The position numbers and the translations under genes were made by a program. Shown in pieces: positions 36,859 through 45,867 of a stretch of DNA of 64,000 bases (position 1 is the stretch's first letter; the number at the start of each line of letters is the position of its first letter). The notes beneath the pieces are model-generated. The model had not been told where the DNA came from. It worked only from the letters and a program-made list of their open reading frames with translations, and ran no database searches. The DNA comes from Obrimoposthia wandeli (taxonomy: Eukaryota): contig CDROCS010000851.1 in NCBI GenBank assembly GCA_977020255.1, positions 434,001 through 498,000 of the forward strand, written 5' to 3'.

Positions 36859-37871
36859 TGTCAAAATATATTATTTTACCTAGTAATAGTTGTCCAAGTA
36901 CTCAACCTAACAATACAGCCAATCAATTTACTGTAGATTGAGAAAACTCTCTAAATTTAGATGGTGAATGGGAGGTTGCCTTGACTGAATTTGTATTTAA
37001 TTATACTCCTTTAACAATACAAACTAATTCAAAAATACTTTATAAAACGGAAAAGATAGAAATGAAAACTTTCGATGTATCTTTTGCAATTTTAAATGGA
37101 TTAATTTTTAATAATTTAAATACTGTTTTCAATTTCAAAATTACAAAGGGTCAAAAATTAGAAATAAGTACAATTAACAGTATTCATCGAATGTTGTGTA
37201 AATTCGAAACTTTAGAAGAATCAAAAATTATAGGTTTTAATGAAATACAAAAAATTTCTAGTCATGTTATAACAAGTGATGAAATTGTTGACATAAATAA
37301 AAATATTCATGCTAAAATGAGAATTACAATTTATTATTTAGCTGAATATGAATACGAAATAAAATTTAATCAAAATTATTTGATACAAGATAGTTCTTCA
37401 TTATGTAATATTATAGCCAGTAAATGTAATGAAATTTTTAAAAGCTGTAATATAGATTCAGACGGATTATTTGATATTTTATTAAAGAAAAATGTAAAAT
37501 CAGTTTTATTTGACGAAAAACTTGCATCTTTATTAGGTTTTAATAATGTTTTCTTTGAGAAACGAATTAAAGGTTTTCAAAAACCAACACTTTCTAGCTC
37601 ATATAATCAAATGTATATTTATACTAGTTTAACAGATTCTGTCTTAGTAGGATCTGATTATGTTCCACTGTTAAAGTCTATTTGGTTAAAATCATTAAAA
37701 TATCGATATGGAGATGTAGTAAATGTTAAAATTGATAATCCAATGTACTTGAAAATGAGAGATTCAAGTATTAATAGAATCGAGGTAAATATACGTGATG
37801 ATTCTGGTAATTTAATTCCATTTTCATATGGAGCAAAAATTAGTTTAACTCTTCATTTACGTAAAGTATAA
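36858..37871 (+). pseudogene. mCP: Minor capsid (penton-like) protein with one in-frame TGA (36939-36941)
   Basis: ATG overlaps INT stop (TAATG); LPSNS..PNNTANQF..WEVALTEF; YNQMYIYTSL, IEVNIRDD. Confidence 0.85.
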
Positions 37872-37912
37872 ACAATATAAATATATTTAAAATATAAATA
37901 TATATATATAAA

Positions 37913-38317
37913 ATGAATACATCAATTATAAAATTTTATAGCAAAAGTCAACAGGGCGGTGAACTTCCCTATTTCATTGGTAAACAATATGGATCTGGTT
38001 GGTATCAAACTATTTCTAGATTAGCTATTCCATTATTAAAAAAAGTTGGTTTATCAGCAGCTACAAGTGCTGCCAATGTAATTGGTGAAACGGTAGGAAC
38101 TGCGTTAACAAATCCAAAAAACATAATTTCATCTCTCAAAGAAAATACTATCAAAGAAGTCAAAACTTTGATTCCAAAATTAAAAAATAATGCTGTTGAG
38201 AGTTTAAATAAAGTCGCAAATTGTGTTGAACAAAATGGAAAGGGTCTTAAACGTAAAAGAAATAATTTAAATAGTATAAACAAACGTCTTAAAGGTACTA
38301 TTTTCCAAAATGACTAG
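37913..38317 (+). CDS. Small Polinton core-like protein (GGELPYFIGKQYGSGW)
   Basis: Homologue in A; basic C-terminus. Confidence 0.8.
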   Translation: MNTSIIKFYSKSQQGGELPYFIGKQYGSGWYQTISRLAIPLLKKVGLSAATSAANVIGETVGTALTNPKNIISSLKENTIKEVKTLIPKLKNNAVESLNKVANCVEQNGKGLKRKRNNLNSINKRLKGTIFQND

Positions 38318-39530
38318 TATAAAATCTGAATTGTGTATTTTCGATAGACCACTACCTCAAGTAGTGATTGAAAATTCAAGTTTTGAAGAAATATTTCCAA
38401 TCAATTCAATTACTGGAAAAAATTTAAATGACATAGAATTTAATATTCATGCATCTGAAGAAGATTATCTGGATTTGAATGATACTTTGTTAAATATTAA
38501 ATTAAAAGTTGTAAATGAAGATGGTACTGATTTAATGAAAGATAGTGATGTAACTCCGGAGAATTACATGTTTCAAACTTTGTTTAGAGATGTTATTCTA
38601 ACACTTAATAATGTAAAGGTTGAAGGAGGAAATGGAACGTATACTCATAAGGCTATATTCGATACTCTTTTGAATTTTAGTAGTGATACCAAGTATACTA
38701 ACCTTGAATGTTCCGGGTATGATGATGATGCAGAAAATCGTAAACAATGGATTAGTGAATCTAAAATATTTTCATTGTGTAATTCAATTAGATTAGATTT
38801 CTTTGATCAACCAAAATATTTGATTCCAGGGATTAATGTTCATTTGAGATTTATGAGAAATCAGCATAATTTTTCGCTCTATTCAGAAACTTCAAAACCA
38901 ATTATTCAAATTCTAGATGCTAGATTGTATGTTAGAAGAGTAAAAGTTGATTCTTCAGTAATGATTGGACATCAGTTAGGTTTGCAAAGTCAGAATGCAG
39001 TTTACCCAATTAGAAAAACTCAGTTAGTAACATATTCAATTCCTCAGGGTTCTTTGGAACTTAATAAAGATCAAATATTCGGAGACTATCGTTTACCCAA
39101 GTTCATTTTGATTGCTTTCAAAGATACACCTCAGGGTGGTAAGGAATACAAAGTTAAATCTTCTACGTTCAATACATTTAATGTTTCAACAATATCATTA
39201 GCTAGAAATACAGATTATCGAGAAACTTATAATCTAGATAATAACAATTTTTCATTAGCATATATGCAGTCAATTATTCGAAATATGAATATTTTAGATA
39301 AAAACGTGAATAATGGTATCAGATTTTCTGATTTTAAATCAGGAAGTTCGATTTTCACTTTTCTATTAGCACCAGATTTTGATATAAACACTACTCAAGT
39401 GCCTAAAACTGGTAATTTAAGACTTGAAATTAGATTTAATTCTCCTTTGACCGTTCCAACAAGTGTTTTGATTTACGGAATATTTGATTCCGAAATTCAG
39501 ATTACGAAAAATAAAACTGTGATTGTATGA
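38310..39530 (+). CDS. MCP: Major capsid protein (406 aa, intact)
   Basis: SELCIFD N-terminus, LDLNDTLL, LDFFDQPKYLIPG; size and position typical of Polinton MCP. Confidence 0.93.
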   Translation: MTSIKSELCIFDRPLPQVVIENSSFEEIFPINSITGKNLNDIEFNIHASEEDYLDLNDTLLNIKLKVVNEDGTDLMKDSDVTPENYMFQTLFRDVILTLNNVKVEGGNGTYTHKAIFDTLLNFSSDTKYTNLECSGYDDDAENRKQWISESKIFSLCNSIRLDFFDQPKYLIPGINVHLRFMRNQHNFSLYSETSKPIIQILDARLYVRRVKVDSSVMIGHQLGLQSQNAVYPIRKTQLVTYSIPQGSLELNKDQIFGDYRLPKFILIAFKDTPQGGKEYKVKSSTFNTFNVSTISLARNTDYRETYNLDNNNFSLAYMQSIIRNMNILDKNVNNGIRFSDFKSGSSIFTFLLAPDFDINTTQVPKTGNLRLEIRFNSPLTVPTSVLIYGIFDSEIQITKNKTVIV

Positions 39531-39903
39531 AGTAAGCTTATTGTATATTATATTCTTTATTTAAATTAGTACTTTAGAAATTCATAAATCCGGAAAAATA
39601 TTATTGAATAACAAATTTAATGGAGTATATTCATTGGATAAAATTCCATCATTAAAACCCGGAGGTTACATTATCAATACTAATACTTCAAATCTACCAG
39701 GCGAACATTGGATAGCAATATTCGTTGACAGATTCGAGATTCGAGTGTTTGACCCTTTTGGATTCTATTATCCTGCAAAGTTGGTGTCTACACTTGAAAA
39801 AGAAAACATTCCAGTCTACTATAATCGAGTTAAATGTCAGAATCCATTAACTAAAAACTGCGGACCTCTGAGTCTTTTATGGTTGAAACTTCAACACAAA
39901 TAA
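39527..39903 (+). CDS. PRO: Adenain-like cysteine protease, spliced (exon1 39527-39531, intron 39532-39569, exon2 39570-39903)
   Basis: MNTLEIHKSGKILLNNKFNGVYSLD..GEHWIAI..FDPFG..KCQ..NCG. Confidence 0.9.
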
Positions 39904-39954
39904 TTTTAAGTATAAACAAATATATCATTATAGTATTTTATTTTATTTTTTCAA

Positions 39955-40407
39955 ATGGCTTTTCTTGATTTAGAATGTTTTATTGATAATAATGGAGAAT
40001 ATATTCCAAAGGAATTATGTATAATGTATGTGAATGATATGACTTGTCCATTTCATTACGTGTTTAAAAATCAAATACCATGGAGTAGTTTATCATTTAC
40101 AGTTAAAAGAAAAAATCTATATTTGATAAATCATCATCATCAGTTATCCTGGTTTGAAGGTGAAAGCTCTGATATTCATATTGATGATGTTGAAACAATA
40201 TTCTATGTTATGGATTCTATTGATGGAAAGAAAATTAATTTAGTGAAACGAATGTTTCCAAATTTGAGAATTGTGAATTATAATAAAAGTTTCAAAAATT
40301 TAAAGAAAATGCCAAAAAATATTCGATGTCCGTTTAGAAAACACGGAAAACATTGTGCTTATTTGAAATGTTTTTCTCTATGTATTGATTATGTAAATTG
40401 TATATAA
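39955..40407 (+). CDS. DEDD-exonuclease-like accessory protein (150 aa)
   Basis: FLDLECF..KELC; C-terminal CPF..HG.HCAY.KC; homologue in A. Confidence 0.7.
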   Translation: MAFLDLECFIDNNGEYIPKELCIMYVNDMTCPFHYVFKNQIPWSSLSFTVKRKNLYLINHHHQLSWFEGESSDIHIDDVETIFYVMDSIDGKKINLVKRMFPNLRIVNYNKSFKNLKKMPKNIRCPFRKHGKHCAYLKCFSLCIDYVNCI

Positions 40408-41468
40408 ATATATTTATTAAGGATATTTTATTTTAATATATAATTTATGTTATTTAAATAAATTTTACCATAATTCTTTAGATGTGTAAGCCTGGAAAAA
40501 CTTTAGTCTAAATTTTCGCATAGAATAGTATGTGTGTGATTACGTAATACATTCTTAACTAATAAGAGTGAACTTAGTATAAATTTCACATAAAATAGTG
40601 TGTGTATGATTACGTCATACATTCTTAATTGATAAGAGTGAACTTTATCCTAAATTTTCATTATGGACTAGATCACAAAAAAGAAGAGTGGAGACTAAGC
40701 CACTTGATCCTTTGAATTAGTGGTTAGCCAAAAATAAGGGTGGAGACTAGATCACAAAAAGAAGGGTGGAGACTAGATCACAAAAAGAAGGGTGGAGTAA
40801 ATCATCATCATCAGTTATCCTGGTTTGAAGGTGAAAGCTCTGATATTCATATTGATGATGTTGAAACAATATTCTATGTTATGGATTCTATTGATGGAAA
40901 GAAAATTAATTTAGTGAAACGAATGTTTCCAAATTTGAGAATTGTGAATTATAATAAAAGTTTCAAAAATTTAAAGAAAATGCCAAAAAATATTCGATGT
41001 CCGTTTAGAAAACACGGAAAACATTGTGCTTATTTGAAATGTTTTTCTCTATGTATTGATTATGTAAATTGTATATAAATATATTTATTAAGGATATTTT
41101 ATTTTAATATATAATTTATGTTATTTAAATAAATTTTACCATAATTCTTTAGATGTGTAAGCCTGGAAAAACTTTAGTCTAAATTTTCGCATAGAATAGT
41201 ATGTGTGTGATTACGTAATACATTCTTAACTAATAAGAGTGAACTTAGTATAAATTTCACATAAAATAGTGTGTGTATGATTACGTCATACATTCTTAAT
41301 TGATAAGAGTGAACTTTATCCTAAATTTTCATTATGGACTAGATCACAAAAAAGAAGAGTGGAGACTAAGCCACTTGATCCTTTGAATTAGTGGTTAGCC
41401 AAAAATAAGGGTGGAGACTAGATCACAAAAAGAAGGGTGGAGACTAGATCACAAAAAGAAGGGTGGAG
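40127..41468 (+). repeat. Tandem duplication, 2 x 671 bp
   Basis: 40127-40797 equals 40798-41468; ORF stops at 40407 and 41078 differ by 671. Confidence 0.95.
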
Positions 41469-41802
41469 ACTAAGCCACTTGACCCTTTGAATTAGTGGTT
41501 AACCAAAAAGAAGGGTGGAGACTAGATCACAAAAAGAAGGGTGGAGACTAAGCCACTTGACCCTTTCATAGGGGTATATCAAAGAAGGGTGGAGTCCAGA
41601 TCACTTGACCCCTCCCCGCTACCCCTCCCCGCCTCCTCCTCCCTAAAGGGTGTCATACCATAAGGGTATATGTTGCCTCACCGGAGGTGAGGCAACATAT
41701 ACCCTTATGGTGTGGTAAGACACCTTTATGGTGTGACATCCTTATGGTGTGACACCCTTTAGGGGGGGGTCAAGTGATCTAGACTCCATCCTTCTACCTA
41801 CT
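41329..41802 (-). repeat. Element B right TIR with hairpin (~41657-41712)
   Basis: Reverse complement of the left TIR with fewer repeat units. Confidence 0.95.
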
Positions 41803-44555
41803 CACCTTTAATCACAATTAATTCGACAATTCTCTACATTGAAAACTATGTTTCATAATTGAAGCGTGTACAAACGTATAGTTGGCAAACGTTTTTAGAT
41901 ATTCAAGTTGGTATCTCAATCGGAGGCAAATTGGATAAAAATCCTAAATTATATCCAATGACATTAAAAAGGACTTTGAGAAATGTTTTAATCGAACTTG
42001 ATATTTCTGTACTTTTTTGAGCTAATATTTTGTTAACATTGTTCATCAGAAAAGATAAGGAACATATGAAAGAGGTAGAACGATATATCATTTTACAAGC
42101 GAAGCTGTTTAGTCATCTGATATATTCAAAAGCAGACAATTATTTTGTTACATTATACTTATTAGAACCATTGATAGACAGAAATCAAAAGACAAAAAAG
42201 TCGTAGTAGACATAAAATATAAAAATATATTTCGTAATTTCAAAGTATAAAAGTATTAAAAAATATCAGACTAAAGTACACAGTCGGGACTTCATGCAAA
42301 GAAAAGCGATCATTCCGGTTAAAAGTACATTTAATAAAGAAAGCATTGTGAAAATAAAATATCATGCAAATTATTCTGAAACCAAATCAGCAAAATCACA
42401 AAAAAACATAAGTCAAATTAGCCAGATGAGCAATAGAGAACAATAAAATTCAATAAGGAGTATGAAACCATTGTTTGAAAGGCAACGTTTTGGTTAACGT
42501 ATAAATATTTTTCGAAAAATAATATAACTTTTTATCTCTTTGTTTAATTTAGATAAAATATCATTAATTTAAAATGAAAACTCTAGTTTTACTAAATTTC
42601 ACAGTTTTAGACTTTTTAAAGCAATACAGCAATGTTATAATTGAGTTCTTACTCCAAGACTAATTTTCATATAATTTATTGAAATATTTCTCGCTAAATT
42701 TTATTATTTATGAACATATTTGTTAAATTTCTACCATTTGAAGTTGTTTAATATAAAACAATTAAAATAAATTTGACTATTTAATTTTAATTCGAAAAAA
42801 TATTAAATATGTAAAAGTAATATATTCAAATGATAAACCTTAAAAATATGAATGAATTTTTTGCTTAAAAGCAATTTCTATGGCTAACTTCTAGAATATT
42901 AATTATACCCAAATTTGTTCCAAAAAAATTTAATTGGCACACAAAAAATCTCAATATACAATTATTAAACAATTAAGTTTGTGAAAATTGATAATTATTT
43001 AATTTTGTACAGCGAATTACAAATTCCAATTTTAAACAATATTAGTTTTCGATTATTTAAACAAATTAACTATATTATCTAACCAAATTAATTAATTTTT
43101 GGTTAAATTTATTGAAACGTTGAAAATTATGAGCTAACAATAAGAATTATCATAGTAAATTGAATAACTTTTTGATCTTCTAACACTGACAACTTAGTCG
43201 CAGTAACAAATAGAATGTTCAAAAAATAGAATAATTTCAGAAAATTGCTTACAAATATCTGTAACATTTTAAAAATTCTTTAAACATTTTACTCCAGAGT
43301 TTTGTTATTTTTTAAAATAAAACTTACTCACTTCAAATAAACATAAAAATATTTAAATAATTCCATAAATTTAATCGATTGATAACATTTAAATAGATTT
43401 TAATTTAGTTTGAATAATTTTAATTTTAGTAAATTTCAAATCGATATATTTCAATTTTCAAATGTGATTTTTTGAAGTTTTATAAATTTCTAAGAAAAGT
43501 TTTATATTTTTGTGAATAAATATCGATTCTATTTGAGATATCAGTTGACGGGTTAAAATTTATATAGCCCTATGATGTATGATTTTATCAACTATAATTA
43601 TTGACTTTTAAAAAGCATTTATAGAAATTTATTGTGATATTTTAACTAAAGTAACCACCAAAACATAAGCTGAAATACTGATTTAATCGTTTAAATACAT
43701 TTCACACCCATACACAGGAATATCACATATAGTCAATTAATTTGAAAAAGAAAAACACAAACCTCAGGTTAATTAGAACCTTTTCTTTTCCATTAGATAT
43801 TAATATTACTAAAACATCAAATCATAAATTTATTTTAATTAAATTTAAAAATCTTCAAAAATACGAGTTATTTTCTTTGGGAATAATGATAAAAACACGC
43901 ATTATAATGAAAAATCAAATGCAGATGAATCCGAATCACCAATAAATAATAAACAGGTACAATCTCTGAGTTATAAATATGTCAGATTTTGGATCTTTTG
44001 AGAATAAACTACACAAATTTCGCTCTCATTTGAGACCATATTTCGTCAATAATTAGTATGTAAGCTGGTATGATAGAAAGATAAATAGACGCTGGAAGAT
44101 GCTTTTATACATGTATCCACAGTATAACACTTAATTATCGTACATATTGGAACTGTCCAGAAATAGTTAGCTTAGAAAAAAATCTTTTATCTGACTAGAC
44201 TCGAATACAATTATACGTAGCCATATGTCAAATACGATTGATAATAGAATAATTAGTATAAATTAAATATTAATTTTATTTCTGGTGGAGTTGTTTAATT
44301 TGGAAATTGCGAATCACTGAATGAATAATTGCAAGAAAGCCCATGTTAAGGGTGTTTTGAAGAGTTAAGAAAAGAAACAAAAAACTGGTAGGAGAATCTC
44401 TTCAGATGGGTCGTTATCGGAAGAAAGTGTACTTACCATTAACATCGAAAACAAGTACAATAATATGATTGCGCAAACTTTATCGACTGAGGTTTTCTGG
44501 TGGTCCGAGATGTCTTGAAGAGGAAAACGTACCGGTCTACGAAGTTGAAGGTTGG

Positions 44556-44771
44556 TCAGTTGTTAAGGTAGAACTTTGAACTGGCGCTCCATGCCTTCTC
44601 CATCTGTGGGATCAGGTCTTCCTCGGGGGGGCTCGCTGTCTCAACGGCCGAATTGTTGATACCACCGGTCATGTAGGCCGGTGGTTCGAAGAAATGACTG
44701 TTGCCGAGACTCTGATTAGTTGATGGCGTAGGCGACACATCTGGCGCTGAGTTTGAGAACACGAATGTGAT
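44556..44771 (-). CDS. PTEN: PTEN terminal exon (ITFVFSNSAPDV...FYLNN*)
   Basis: tgtcAG acceptor, phase 0, Ser/Thr/Pro/Glu-rich tail. Confidence 0.7.
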   Translation of the reverse strand: MTFVFSNSAPDVSPTPSTNQSLGNSHFFEPPAYMTGGINNSAVETASPPEEDLIPQMEKAWSASSKFYLNN

Positions 44772-45384
44772 CTGACAGTGGGAGAAGCAGATCGAACGCA
44801 TGACAATATAGTTTATCAAAATATTCAGCGATCCAAACGATATACAGGGGATAGGTAAAAAAGGTTTAAAAAAGGTATAAGGTAAGAAAGTAAAATACTG
44901 AAATTAAAATAATTGTATTTTCAGATCTCATGTTTTCATGAATAAAAAATATATAAAAATAATAAAATATGTTCCAAAATCATTTCTGTAAAAAATAAAA
45001 ACTTGAAAGAAGTTGTCGGTAAATGAAAGTATAAAGGAATATAGATAATATACAATTATTTATATACTACCACTAGAAGAATTGATAAAAAATAATTTCA
45101 AAGTTCTCACTTAACCTTAAAGCCTAAGTATTTTATATTTCTCCGATAACTTTTTATATTTTACACTTTTTAAAATTTTTGCAACCATTGGACATTGAGC
45201 TTATTTCTAAATGTTCATTAACTTGGAGGCTTCAAATCGGAAAATAATATTCACGGGAATTATAGGCTAGTAGATCAATCGTAATATTCAGTTCCTTTTC
45301 ATTTAGACTTAAACTGACGTTGTCGAATTCTCTGGTTAACAAACCCGCTACAAAACACAGCCAACATTAGCCAGACTAACTTAC

Positions 45385-45867
45385 CGAGAAATTGTGCGGA
45401 AATATTCGACAAGTGGCATCCTTGTGGGCTCCATCGATCTCAGACTTGCTCAACGTGACCTTGTAGTTGTGACCTTGTGACGACGATTCGAGGTCATCTG
45501 CTGCGGTGATGGCGCCAACAGAGCCACCGCTACTGAAGGAAAACTGGGGTGACTCTTCGTCACAGTCCCCCTGGTTGTCGGCCAACATGTCCTGATAGCT
45601 GCGCGAGTGTCGCAGTTTGCCATACGGAGGTGGCCTCAACTGTTGGTACTGATTGGTGCGCGCACCAGTGACAGCAGCAGCTGTGTTGGTGACCCCGACC
45701 GGCTGGTGTCGGTACCGGGTACCGCCCGAGTCGTAGTCGCCGGTGTCACACATACTCAGACTGGCACTGTCTCCGCCAATCGCTACCGCCATAGCAGATG
45801 CCGCCAACTGCAGATGAGCCGGTTTGTGCACCACGAAAAAGGTGTTGAGCCAGCACTGACACAGGCT
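45385..45867 (-). CDS. PTEN: PTEN C2 exon (SLCQCWLNTFF...VTLSKSEIDGAHKD...FPHNFS)
   Basis: Matches FHFWVNTFF and LTKNDLDKANKD..FSPNFK; 483 nt, AG/GTAAGT. Confidence 0.9.

Larger units (their letters stand above)
31644..41802 (+). mobile_element. Polinton/Maverick element B (10.16 kb), catalytic pPolB deleted
   Basis: AGTAGGTA...TACCTACT termini, long TIRs; ATPase, INT, mCP, MCP, PRO; no matching TSD (CATCAT vs CACCTT). Confidence 0.95.

Noticed and set aside
15029-44556. Adjacency of two growth/TOR-pathway genes (MAP4K3-like and PTEN)
   Set aside because: No sequence evidence for co-regulation; a single neighbouring pair is uninformative
44437-44560. Open frame with hydrophobic tail and GTAAGT donor downstream of the PTEN stop
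   Set aside because: No in-phase acceptor connects it to the PTEN frame
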